Under the pieces are notes generated by a model that was not told where the DNA came from, made no database searches, and worked only from the letters and a program-made list of their open reading frames with translations. A DNA stretch of 64,000 nucleotides from Gracilinanus agilis (Eukaryota). A program made the translations under genes and the position numbers. The stretch lies in the NCBI RefSeq assembly GCF_016433145.1, contig NC_058130.1, positions 738,532,239 to 738,596,238 on the forward strand. The letters are read 5' to 3'. Each line of letters starts with the position of its first letter. The stretch's first letter is position 1. This document shows, piece by piece, positions 1 to 13,100 of this stretch.

Positions 1-2783
1 ACAACGTGGTGGCCAAATCTGCAGCCCTTCCTTCTCTGCCAGGCCAAGTCTTGCCAGAATAATTAAGAGGGGAAGGTGATGGGAGAACTAAGGTCACTAA
101 CTCAACTTTCATGGCCTTAAACCATATTGGAGGACCAAATCATGGGGAGCGGAGACTGAGAGCTGGTAAGCTCAGGAATGGAGAGTGGAGATCAGGACAA
201 AACGGACATCCATTGATCCTGTGAGCTCAGATAAAACTTCAGTTTTCCTCCCTCCCATTTCTTCAGGGAACTTGCAGGAAACTTCTTGTAGGTTTGCCCA
301 ATCCTTTTCATTTGGGCTTCCCCCTCAGACTGACTGGAAGGAAGCAGGGGGTGGAGGGGAAGGGGAACCAACCCAAACTTCACAATACCACATATTGCAA
401 TTTACAAGGCTTGACTTTATTGTTTGTTCAGGTTTTTGTGATGCATTATCGCATTAAGAAATCACATGGTCATTAACAATGAACTGTCCAATTGCACATA
501 TAGTCAGACTGGTGACATTTAGGTAAGGGACAGCTAGGAGATGACAGCAATAGACGCCCAACCTGGAGTCAAGAAGATCTGAGATCGCATCCTGCCTCAG
601 TCACTTGCTAACTGTGGCACTCTGGGCAAGTCATTTATCCTGTGTCTGACTCAGTTTCCCCATCCATAAAATGAGGATAATAATAGCATTTACCTCTCAG
701 GATTGTCGTAAGGATCAAATGAGATAAAGTTTGTAAAGTGCTTCACAAATCTCAAAGAACTATGCAAGTTGACTTATTATAATACGTATGGGTTAGTTTT
801 GCTGAGCTTTTTTTCTCCCTCTTTCTTTTTTATTTATTACAAAGAATGGTTTGCTGGGGAGCAGGAGGTATACAGAAAGGAAGATGAGTCAAAAACAAAT
901 GCTAAAATTATATATATATATATATATATATTCTTTTTAAGAAAAAAAGCACAGGCCTAGAGATGGGAGGTCCTAGGTTCAAATCTGGCCTCAGACACTT
1001 CCTCGCTGTGTGACCCTGGACAAGTCACTTAACCTTCATTGCCCAGCCCTTACTGCTCTTCTGCCTTGGAGCCAATATACAGTATGGATTCTAAGACAGA
1101 AGGAAAGGGTACAAAAAAAAAAAGCTAAATTTCATTTATTTATTTATTTATTTTAAAGGGGGGGGGGAAGCACCAGGCCTCAAGTCGGGAGGTCCTAGGT
1201 TCAAATCTGGTCTCAAATGCTTCCTCACTGTGTGACCCTGGACAAGTCCCTTAACTCCCATTGCCTAGCCCTTGCTGCTCTTCTTTCTTACAATCAATAC
1301 CGCCACTATACTGCTTCTAAGATGGGAGGTAAGGGTTTAGGAGGGAAAAAAAGAAAAAAAGCAGTAAGTTGCCAACTTTTATGAATGTGGGAGGAGCACC
1401 TTGGAAATGAATACTTGACTACAATGATTTTGTATTTATGAGAACTACAGGACACTTTCCAAAACATAAAAGCTAGACTTCTATTGGACCTGGGGACCAG
1501 CCAGCCAAAAGCACACTCTGGAGAGGACACAGCAATGAATGGGGGAGTGAGGTACATGCTGGCAGCTAGAGTGCCATCTGATGGCCAAACTGTATATTAC
1601 ACATCACGGGGGAGATTTTTTTTTTAAATACAATTCTAAATATTTTTTTTCTCAATTACATATTTAAAACAACTTTTAGGGGTGGCTCAGTAGATTGAGA
1701 GCCAGGCCTAGAGATGGAAGATCAGGTTCAAATCTGGCCTCAGACACTTCCCAGCTGTGTGACCTTGGGCAAGTCACTTAATCCCCATTGCCTAGCCCTT
1801 ACTGCTCTTCTGCCTTGGAGCCAATACCCAGCATTGATTCCAAGATGAAAGGTAAGGGTTTTAAGAGAAAAAAAAAAACTTGTAACTTATTTTTTAACAT
1901 TTTGAGTTTAAATTTCTCTCCTTCCCTCCCTCTCCTACTTCCTCCACAAGACAATAATTTGATATGGATTATATATGAGTAATCATGCAAAACATATTCA
2001 CCATGTTCCTCATTTTTTTTTTAATTTTTTTTAAATTTCTTTTAAACCCTCAACTTCTGTGCATTGGCTCCTAGGTGGAAGAGTGGTAAGGGTGGACAAT
2101 GAGGGTCAAGTGACACAGCTGGGAAGTGTCTGGGGCCAGATTTGAACCCAGGACCTCCCGTCTCTAGGCCTGACTCTCAATCCACTGAGCTACCTAGCTG
2201 CCCTCCCACATTCCTCATATTCCCCATGGTCATGTTCTTTTTTTTAAAACTCTTACCTTCTGTCTTAGAATCAATATTTTGTATTAGTTCCAAGGTAGAA
2301 AAGCAGTAAGGGCTAGGCAATAGGGGTTAAGTGACTTGCCCAGGATCACACAGCTAGGAAATATCAGAAGCAAAACCCAAGCTCTAGGGGCAGCTAGGTG
2401 GCTCAGTGAATAGAGAGCTACATCTAAAGTCAGAAAAACCTGAGTTCAAATCCATCCTTGAACACTAACTCCTTGTATAATCCTGGGCAAGTCACTTAAA
2501 TGCCATCTGACTCAATTTCCTCAACTGTAACATGGGAATGATAATAACACCCATCTCCCATGTAATAGAAAATCTGATAACAAAATGGAGATCAAGATGA
2601 GTGACAACCAAGAGTTATAGAACTTGGAATCCTACCCACCACCCTGGGGTCCCCTTCTCAAAAAAGAGAGAAAGATTGGCTCAGACCCTGCCCTTTTATA
2701 GTGGTGGTGAAGCTAAAATGAGAGATTTGTAATATGCTTAACACAGTGCTGGCACATAGTAGTGCTTAATAAATGCTTTTTCC

Positions 2784-3360
2784 AAAAAAAAACTGGAAAA
2801 TGAGGGGATGCCCTTCGATTGGGGAATGGCTGAACACATTGTGGTATCTGCTGGTGATGAAATACTATTGTGCTAAAAGGAATAATAAACTGGAGGAATT
2901 TCATGTGAACTGGAAATACCTCCAGGAAGTGATGAAGAGTGAAAGGAGCAAAACCAGGAGAATATTATACACAGAGACTGATACACTGTGGTAAAGTTGA
3001 ATGTAATGGACTTCTGTACTGGCAGCAATGCAATGATCCAGGACAACTATGAGGGACTTATGAGAAAGAACACTAGCCACATCCAGAGGAAGAACTGTGG
3101 GAGCGGAAACACAGAAGAAAAACAATTCCTTGATCACTTGGATTGGTGGGGATATAATTAGGGATATTGACTCTAAACGATCACCCTAGCACAAATATCA
3201 ATAATATGGAAATGGGTCTTGATCAATGACACATGTAAATCCCAGTGGAATTACGTGTTGGCTATGGGAGGGGGTAGGAGGAGGGGAGGGATAGAACATG
3301 AATCCTATAACCATGGAAAAATATTCTTAATTAATTAAATAAATAAAAGATAGTATAAAA
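2784..3360 (+). mobile_element. 5'-truncated marsupial L1 (ORF2 end plus 3' UTR)
   Basis: Encodes GCPSIGEWLNTLWYLLVMKYYCA (L1 ORF2 C-terminus), A-rich tail, 16-bp TSD aataaatgctttttcc (2768-2783 / 3361-3376). Confidence 0.9.
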
Positions 3361-4539
3361 AATAAATGCTTTTTCCTTCATGCCTAGAAAGTTTAATGGA
3401 TCCTTGAGAATATGGGGGCAATAGGGTGGATTTGGGGGTCAAGAGTTGGAGAGGCAAGATGAGATTATACACGAAGTGGGGAAATCACACTATTCTTTCT
3501 ACTTCCCCTGAGACAGACAACTGTCATTTCCACCTGAGTGGCTCTAGACAAAGTCCTAAAATTCAGAGGTTTGCCTACAAAAGAGAATTCAGAGCTAGAT
3601 TATTTTTACAAGAGGCTAACTGGGAGGTACATCTGATATAGACCTCAGGGACAGTTAGACTGCTGGAAGGAGGTTGTGGTTGGGAGTCACCACAGAAGCA
3701 GGAAACACTCCCCTTGCTTGATGGCATCTGGGATTTGAGGCACTCAAGTTTCCAAGGAAACCAAGGATGCTAAGACACAGAGAAAATCCGAATTCCTCCT
3801 GAAATGCAACCTGAATGCTAAGGTTTCAGTGCAAATTCTTGGTGCTATGGACTTCTGGGGAAATACAGGTATCCTGGGAAAGTTGATAACATTCCCCAGA
3901 GGGAATCTTTCCCCTGACCAAGACAGGCTCCAGGCTCCAGGATTTGGCTACGAGGAAAAAAAGTGGCCCCAAGGAGTCAGAGTAAAGTCAATGCTCACTG
4001 AAAGAGTGAAATCATCCCTCCCCTCCATTTATGTATGTTATATTGAACGGGAATGGACCATAGTTCCCTCTATACAGTGTTCTGAGGAACACTTATTTCC
4101 TTGGTAAAAGTGAAGTTTCAAGTTGAGTTGGAAATCAGGCCTTGACCATCAAATGATGGGCTTCAGTTGTATCTTTTTTTTTCATTCAATATCCATTGGG
4201 ACTGTGATCTCTTCTATTGGAGAATTCCAAATAACACAGATCTCAAGTCATCCATTCCATTTTTTTTTATTATAAGCAGAAATTTTATTTTACTAAATTA
4301 TCTTTGTTAAAAAAAAAAATCTGTGCCTGGTGTGACTTTCACTCCATCAAGTGTTACAAAGTTTTTGTTTTCATCACAAGCAGGAGGATGAATGTAGGAC
4401 AAGTGTTAGGAAACATGGCAATAAATTAGAATATAATTTACAAAAGCAAAAAAAAATCACAGTGTACCACATTGAGTATAAAATTGTGAAACCTGACCAA
4501 AGTCCCTGAATCCCTTAGAAATATTAAGGAAGCCTTTTT

Positions 4540-6080
4540 CTCAGTGGTGATTTCATCAGTTCCCATGATTTAACTATCATCTCTAGGCAGATGATTTTCA
4601 GATTTATTCGTCCTGCCCCAACCTCTCTCCCGAACCTTAGTCTTTAATCTCCAACTGTTTATTGGGCATTTCAGAATGTATGTTTCACGAGCTTTTTAGA
4701 CTCAGTGGGTCCAAAACGGAATTCATTTTTCACACACAACCTTCCTCTCTTTCCAACTTTCCTATTACTGTAGAGGGTACCACCATCTTCCCAGTCACCC
4801 AGGCTCCCAACCTAAGTATCTTCCTAAACTCCTCGCTCTCTCTTGCCACCCCCCATTCAATCTGTTGTAAAGGCTATTGATTTTATCTTCCTTACATCTC
4901 TCTTACAAGCCCCCTTCTCCTCTCTGACACTGTTCCTACCCTGATACAGACTCTAATCACTTCACATCTGGACACTGCAATATCCTCCTGCTTGGCTTTC
5001 AGCCTCAAGTCTCTTCCCACATCAATTCATCCACCACTGAGCCATCAAACTGTTCTTCCTCGAGTTCGAATTCAAGCACATCATCTCTGCATCTCCTACT
5101 CAATAAATTCCAGGGCTCCCTTTGGCCTCCAGGATCAAAAAAAAAAAAATCTTTGGTTTGGCTTCATTCCCTTGACCCTTCCTACTTTCCCAACCTTCTT
5201 ACTTTTCCCACCACCACCCTCTCCACATACTCTGTAATTCACGGACACTGGCCTCCTTGCCAGGGTGGTGTTGGAGCCAGCTCACAGTTGGTTGGTTTTT
5301 GTTTCTTTTGTTGGTTGTTTTGTTGTTTTGTTTGTTGCTGTTATTTTTCTGTCTTAGTGACAACTCTAAGACGGAAGAGCAAGGTCTAGGCAAATGGGAT
5401 TAAGTGACTTGCCCACACAGCTAGGAAGTGTCTGAGGCCAGGTACCCAGGTCCTCCCAACTTAGAGACCTGGACCTCTATCCACTGGGCTACCTAGCTGC
5501 CCCGCTCACAGCTGATTGTTAAATTTTCTGTGTGAATGTTTACAACTCAGAAACTAGCAAACAACTACAAATCAGAGCTTGAGTCTCCATTTTATAGATT
5601 TTCTAAATTTAAGAAAGTGATAGAGAAAATGTTTCTAATACAGATTAAAGCTAAAAGTATGTCATGATTTTTTTTTTTTCAGAGAGCTGGTTGTTAAACA
5701 TTTGCCAGCATTCTACTCAATGTTCCTTGCCACCTCTCCCACTAGGCATTTCATCTCCTGACTCCAGGAGGTTTCATGCACTGTCTCCCATCCTGAAACC
5801 CTCTCCTTCTTCATTTCTGACTCTGATTTTCCTTGACCATCTTCAAGTTCCAAATAAAATCCTGCTTTCTACAGGAAATCTTTCCTCATTCTCCTTCATG
5901 TTGTTGCCTTTCCTCTGTGGATTATCTCCAGTTTATGCTGTTTTATCTTCATTGTACATGGCTGTTCGCATGTTGTCTCCCCCATTAGACTGTGAGCTCT
6001 TGGAAAGCACAGACTGTCTTTTGCTTTTCTCTGTCTCCCCAGTGCTTAGAACAGTGTCTGGCACATAGATGCTTAAAAAT
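4540..6080 (+). mobile_element. L2 LINE 3' portion, interrupted by a SINE at about 5290-5500
   Basis: Typical L2 text including cagtgcttagaacagtgtctggcacatag at the 3' end; boundaries approximate. Confidence 0.75.
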
Positions 6081-6264
6081 GCTGGTTGACTGCCTGCTGG
6101 ATTAATTTGGACTGATCTAAGCAAAAAATCTCATCAGTCTTCATTAACTCTCAATTTCCTCTTGTTCAGTCATGTCAGACTTTTCATGATCTCATTTGGA
6201 GATTTCTTTTTTCTTCCTTCCTTCCTTCCTTCCTTCCTTCCTTCCTTCCTTTCTTTCTTTCTTT

Positions 6265-6525
6265 TTAAGTACTTTTCCATGGTTACATGATTCATGCTCT
6301 CTCCCTCCCCTCTTCACTCCCCTCTCTTGGAGCCGATAAGCAATTCCACTGGATTATACATGTCTTATCACTTGATATCTATTTCCATATTCATTTTTTT
6401 GTAACAGTAATCTTTCAAAAGCAAAACCCCAAGTCATATATCCAAATAAACAAGTTTTCAATCATGTGTTTTTCTTCCGCGTTTCTACTCCCACAGTTCT
6501 TTCTCTTGATATGGATAGCATTCTT
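6265..6525 (-). mobile_element. L1 3' end fragment with (CTTC)n/(CTTT)n tail at 6210-6265
   Basis: Reverse complement matches the L1 3' UTR at 3100-3350. Confidence 0.75.
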
Positions 6526-7793
6526 TCCATTTAGAGTTTTCTTGGCAAAGATACTGGAATAGTTCACCATTTCCTTCTTCAGCTCATTTGAAAGATAAAG
6601 AAACTGAGGCAAACAGTGGTAAGCAACTTGCCCAGGGTCACACAGCTAGTATGTGTCTGAGACCATATTTGAACTCAGGAAGATGAGTCTTCCTAACTCC
6701 AAGCCTGGTGCTCTGTTCACTGTGCCATCTAGCTGACCTTTTCCTCTCTTACCAAAGGTCTAACCACAATTGTCTTTGAGGAAATCTTGTAAAAAGTAGA
6801 GAGAGCCTCCCTCTTGATAAAATTAAGCAAGGAACCTTTAATTAGCCCTCTTAAACGCCTCTTTCCCCATCCCTTGACCAGATTAGAATAAAGATCTGAC
6901 TAAGAGAAGGAAGACTTCTTTGATTATTCCAATTAATAGGAGTATCTCTCTAGTTCACCATTTTTATCACCCCCTAAAATTCTCACCTTCTATTTTAGAA
7001 TCAATTCTGAGTATAGATTCAAAGACAAAAGGGCAGTAAGGACTAAGTAACTAAGGTTAAGTGACTTGCCCAGGATCACACCGCTAAGAAGTGTCTAAGT
7101 TCACATTTGAAACCAGGACCTCCAATCTCTGGGTTTGAGTCTCAATCCACAGAGCCACTTCACTATCCCCTTAAGTTCACCTTTGAATACTTCCAGGGAG
7201 TGGTTAAATTTGAAATTGTTTTATTAGTATTATTATTATTTTGATTGAATGGGTTTAGGAAATAGTTTTGGATTGGAAGGGTTTTGATTAAATGGTTTTA
7301 GGAAAATGATTCTCCAAGAATGTGTCAAATGTGGGAACGGAACTATATGCCAGGCACTGTGCTAAACCCTTTACAAATATTATCTCATCCTCATTATATT
7401 CTTATATTATTTCTATCTATATCATATTATTTGACTAGAATACAACTATTATCTCACAACCTGTGAGTTAGGTATTTTTATTATCTACATTTTAAAATTG
7501 AGGAAACTGAGGCAGAGATTAAGTAATTTGTCCTGAGACACATAGCTAGTAAATGTCTTAATGTCTTGAGACTGGATTTGAACTCATGTCTTCCTGATTC
7601 CAGGCCTAGCACTCTATCCACTGGGCCACTGCCTCCAACACTGAGTAGTATTCTGTTGGATAAACTAAATTATTACCTAAACTCTTGACTGTGGAATTTT
7701 GTCTATTCCTGGGAATAGCATGAGGTGGCCTAGAACATAGACACTTATTTGCTAGGATGAGCCTGAGGAAGTGTCTTAACATTGAGTCTGTCT

Positions 7794-8119
7794 TGTAAAG
7801 TTGAAAATACCTTGTACCCCCTTTAAAACTACATTACCCAGATTCCCTTTCTCCATACCCATAATTCCTTATGCCTTTTCCTATTGGTTGTGAGTTAAAA
7901 CTACATTACCCAAAGTCCTTTTCACCATACCCATAATTCCTTAAAGCTTTTCCTATTGGTTGTGGGTTTTGATATGGTCATAGTGGGCGTGGTGTCAGGG
8001 CTTTTTGGGAGGAGACGCTGTGGTCAAGGGTGAGTTAGGATTCTTCCCCAGGGCTTTAAATAAAAATCCTTATAAATATCATACTTTGGAGGCATTGAAT
8101 ATTAATTTCAATTGTTATA
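7794..8119 (+). mobile_element. Solo ERV LTR (326 bp) inserted in a MIR/MAR-type SINE
   Basis: TG...TA ends (CA mutated), 4-bp TSD gtct (7790-7793 / 8120-8123), internal 72-bp direct repeat, AATAAA 8059-8064; the flanks rejoin as a SINE. Confidence 0.75.
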
Positions 8120-9394
8120 GTCTCAAATAAAATGAGAATAATAATAGCACCTAGTTCCCATGGCTATTGTGAGGATCAAGTGAGATAATATAGGTAAAGT
8201 ACTTTGCAAATCTTAAAGCATGATATAAATGCTAGCTATTGGGGACAGCTGAGTGGCTCAGTAGATGGAGAGCCAGGCCTAGAGACAAGAGGTCCTGGGT
8301 TCAAATCTGATCTCAGACACTTCTAGCTGGGTGATTTTGGACAAGTCACTTAACTCCCATTGCCTAGCCCTTACCACCCTTCTGCCTTGGAACCAATTCA
8401 CAGTACTGATTCTAAGACAGAAGGAAAGGATTTTTCAAAATAAATAAATAAAATCTAGCTATTATTATTAATAATCTCAGTTGTAACTACAAAATGGTTT
8501 ATGTGAAATTTCCAAAGCCATTAGGAAATTTGGCCCATTTTTAGACCTCTCTCTCTAAGATGATAAACATATGAGGTAGGATTTGAACTCATGTTCTGTC
8601 CATGCACTGTCATCTGATGGCATTTCTCAGGTAATAGACAAAATTCCACATAATCGACTTAGTCATAATTGACTCAGAGTTTAGGTAACAGTTTGATTAA
8701 TGGTTTGGTTAAGGTAGCTAGTTAGTTGGTGAAGTGAAGAGCCTGTGGAACCTGGAATCAAGACCTGAGTTTAAGTCTAATCACTGATTTTAGTAGCTAT
8801 GTATCTGTGGGCAATTCTCTTAAACTTCTGTCTGCCTCAGTTTCACCAACTATAAAATGGTGAGACACCTGCCTCACAGAGTAAAGCGTCTAGCACCATG
8901 CCTGGAACATAGTAGGTGTCTATTAAATGCTTGTTCCCTTCTCCCCCTTCCACAGGTTCACCTAATATTCTGGAGGTCTTCCTTGACTTCCTCATGACCT
9001 CACAAAGGTACCTGTTGAACTCTGTGACTGTCCATCTGTCCTCCCCTGCCCTTGTCATAGGACCAGCCCATCTTCTCAATGATTTCATTTAAACCTTCAT
9101 GAGTTTAAATGAATTAAAACCTTCAGAGTTCCTCCCTGGCTATACATTACGCGCTGTTCACACCTACTGCGGACCTCTCCATTGCCTTCTACACTATCCA
9201 TTCATTTAGTAAATGGCCTATAATCTATAATGTGTGTGTTATCCATTTGCACTACAGAAGAAATGTCTTCACCAACACGTTCCCTCTGCCAATGAAATCA
9301 AAGGTATTGTATGAGAATGATTTGACATTTTCAAATGTAGTTGAAGACGACATAGACATCTAAACCAAGCTTGGGCATTGGGGAGACATTATTG

Positions 9395-9587
9395 CAGTGA
9401 TTCCCAAAGTGGTTGCTACCACCCCCTGGTGGGTGCTGCAGTGATCCAGGGGAGTGGTGATGGCCACAGGTGCATTTATCTTTCCTATTAATTGCTATTA
9501 AAATTTTTTAAAAATTAATTTCCAGGGGGCTAAGTAATATTTTTTCTGGAAAGGAGGTGGGAGGCCATAAACGTTTGGGAACCACTG
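9395..9587. mobile_element. hAT/Charlie-type MITE, family A copy 1
   Basis: TIRs cagtgattcccaaa / tttgggaaccactg; perfect 8-bp TSD cattattg. Confidence 0.9.
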
Positions 9588-9948
9588 CATTATTGGGAAG
9601 TGAAGATGATATAAAAACAAAAGAAAGAAATTTTAAAAAAATTAAAGGAAATAAAAGAACATGAGTGAAGCCACTAGAACCCTGAGTCCCCAGTGAGCTC
9701 CTCAAGAGGCGCCTAAGCCTTGGTACTCAACTGTTTTTTCTTCCTCTAGTACCCAGATAATAGACAAGTTCATTAGTATACAGAGAAAATTCTGGGACTA
9801 GCCAGCACCATCTTACTCCTGAAGGTGGCCTCTATCCTGTTCTACACACACTCATCCCTACTTGTAAATCTTCAAATACAAAAAGCCACACGTGGACAAA
9901 CCCGATAAAACTGTATACTAGACATGAACTGGAGAATGATGTCCAAAG

Positions 9949-9954
9949 TTTAAT
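9949..9954 (-). terminator. Probable MCEMP1 poly(A) signal (ATTAAA)
   Basis: tttaat on plus, about 160 nt past the stop codon. Confidence 0.45.
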
Positions 9955-10113
9955 TTTTCTTTTCCTTTGAGTACCTTAAAGCATATTACATACTAATCAC
10001 AAGTACACAAACACACCCATATCACAAGAGGGAAACTTGAGACCAGAGGGATCTGAACCCCCACCCCAACTTCTAGGGCAAGCCCCGTTTCCCATATGGC
10101 AGCCTTGTCTCCA

Positions 10114-13100
10114 TTATCCGGTTGAAGTAGCACTGGAAGGTCCTAGGAGGGAGGGAGACACAAACTCAGACAGGCTCCCCAATATACACCCTCTAGAGTT
10201 GCCTCCTCTACCTATCCACCCAAAGGGGGATTTCTATACACTTAACCTGGCTTTGGAGCCTTCTCCAGTTTTTCCACTTGAGTCTTCAAAAGATTCAAGG
10301 AATCAGTATTTCTGGTCAGGTCTGCGGAAAAGGAAGAGATGAAGGAGGGGAGAAGATTCGAGAATCAGATATAGAGAACTCAGAGATATCTCTTCCAAAG
10401 TTACCCCTCCCAGAGATACCACCAACTCCAGAGATATACCTCTCACAGAGACGTCTTCTCCAGAGACTCATTACTTTAGTCAAGACCTTTCTCTCCCCCT
10501 AAACTCTGGAGCCCTTTATTTCCCCCTTCATCAGAAGTGGGGAGCCCCACCCTACCCTAACCCACCACTGGGTGCTGAGGGATAAGAAGTACCTGATCTA
10601 AGTCGGCTCACCACCTTTTCATAGGAACTACTTTTTTTATTTATTGTAATGATCTCAGTCTCCAGTTGCTTTATGTTCTCCTGCTCCTTGTGGAGGGTGC
10701 TAGAAACTGAGAGACCCAGAAGACATTCGGTCATTTACTCATTCATTTCACTAAGTGATAGGCGCTGTGCTGGCCAAAGAGGCAAGAAAAGACCAAAATC
10801 CCTACCCACAAGAGGCTTACTAGCTGATGGAAATTATGGAAATGGAAATGGAAATTCTCACTGATGGAAAGGAACATATACAAAGATAAAGAAATGTGGA
10901 AAGCATAGAGATCAAATGAGAAACTGTAAAATATTTCACAAACCATCATGTTCTCTATAAATGTTGTTCAGTCTTGTCGAACTCTTCATGAGCCCGTTTG
11001 GAATTTTCTTGGCAAAGATATTGCAATGTTTTGCCATTTCCTTCTTCAGATCACTTGACAGATGAGGAAACTGAGGCCAACAGGATGATATGACTTCCCC
11101 AACAGGGTGAAGTGACTTCCCCAGACTCAAATAGCTTATAAGTGTCTGAGGTCAGATTTGAACTCAGAAATATGAGTCTTCCTGACTCCGGAATTGGCAT
11201 TCTGTCCTATGTGCCAACTAGCTGCTAAGCTAGTGGTTAGCTATGATGGATAATAAGAAGATGAAACAATGAGAGGAAAAAATAGAAAGAGGGAAGAAAG
11301 AGAAGGAGAAGAAGGGAAGGAGTGAAGGGGAGAGACAGAGAGAGGGAGAGATAGAGGGAAGGAGAGAGCGAGAGGGACAGAGACAGAGAGAAGGGAAGAG
11401 AGAGACAGAAGAGAGAAGGAGGAGGAGGGAGGGAGAGAAGGAGAGAGACAGACAGACAGAGACAGAGAGACAGAAAGAAGGAGAGAGAGGGAGAGTGGGA
11501 GAAAGAAGGGAAATTTTTTTAGAAAAAGAAATGCTAAGAGGGAAAGGGGGAGATGTTGCACCAATCCCTCCCCATTCTTTCCCAGTTTCCCCGACATTAG
11601 ATCTCACCTGCTCCCTACTCAAGGCTGACTCCCCCCCCCAACTCCCTTGTCCCGCTCCTAGCCTTACAACAGCCCCCATTCCCATTCCCCCGTCTCACCA
11701 TTCCACAGCTCGCTCATAAAACCGTTTAGGTTCTGGGAAAACTCAGAGCCTACGGACAAAAGGGAGGAGAGGTAAGCCTGGGGCTGGGCCCAGAGCTGCC
11801 CCACGGAAGAGATGAAGGACTAAGAGGAGGGGAGTGAGCTATGGGAGAGATGGGCAAAGAAACATCAAAGCCCAGAGACAGAGAGAGAAAAAGAAATAGA
11901 GGGTGAGCAGGCTAGAGAAAGAGAAAGAAAGAAAAGGCAAGACAAGAATCAGAGAGGGGGAGAGGAGATGGGCAGAGGCTCTGCCTGTCTGGGAGAAGAT
12001 GTGAGATGGGATCACATAAGGGTGGGATGAGTTGGCTGGTGGGGAAACAGGAACCAGAAGGTTCCAGCTCAGGTGCCCAGGCAGGTGCGGGAGCGTGGGC
12101 TCCCAGCCCTCCTCCCCTCTCTGCCTCCCTATTTGCCACCCACCCCCCACCCCCCACTCCCACCTCACACTCACTTTTCACCAGGACCAGGGACAAGAGA
12201 ATAATGCCCAGCAGGAAGCTCAGTCCCAGGAGGAGGTAAAGACACGGGATCGATTTCTGCGTGGAGGAGGCTCCTGGTGGTTTGCTCGGGGCTGAGGATG
12301 AGAGAGACCCAGGGGTGTGATTCCTCGGACCCACCACCTTTGCCAGTAACACTGTGACTAACGTCCCTTCATCTACAACGGCAGCCAGAGGGCGGCCTTT
12401 GGAGACAGCTGACTTCTGGGTGATCTTGGGCAAATCACTTCTCTAAACCTCAGGGCCCAGGATGATAAAATGACAGAGATGACCTTCTGACTTCCTTTCT
12501 GGCTCCTAGGAGCTTTTGACACTCACTTGCAACAGAGTCGTTTGTAAAGCCAGAGGTAGCAATGGAGCAGCTGATATGTTCTCCCTCAACTTACCTACTG
12601 AGTTCCCTTTCTTCCTTCCTCCTTCCTTCCTTTCCTTCCTTTCCTACTTTCCTTCCTCCCTCTTTCCCTCCTCTCCTTGCTTCTTTTGTTCCTTCCTTCT
12701 CTCTTTCTGTTCCTCTCTCTTTTCTTTCCCTCCTTTCTTCCTCCCTCCATCTCTCCCTTCCTCCTTCTCTCCCATCCTTCCCTTCTTCCTTCTTTCCTCT
12801 TCACTCTTTCTTCCTCCCTCCCTTCTTCCTTGCCTCCTTCCTTCCTCTCCCCCTTCCTCCCTCCATCCTTCTCTCCCTCTCTCTCTTGCTTCCTCTCTCC
12901 CTCTCTCCCTTCCTTCCTTTCTTCCTTCCTTCTGCACACTTAATAAGTATTCATTGAACGAATAAATGACTTGCATAATGGGTCTATCCATGGACTCTAT
13001 ACTCCAACAAACTGGGTTACTCACCATCTCATGACCAGACATCCATATTATCTACTTGCCTTTGCCCACACTAGTATCTGCCCCAGAATGACCTTCCTCT

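Noticed and set aside
12516-13042. Overlapping 88-149 aa ORFs with apparent TM or charged runs
   Set aside because: Translations of the CT/GA low-complexity tract
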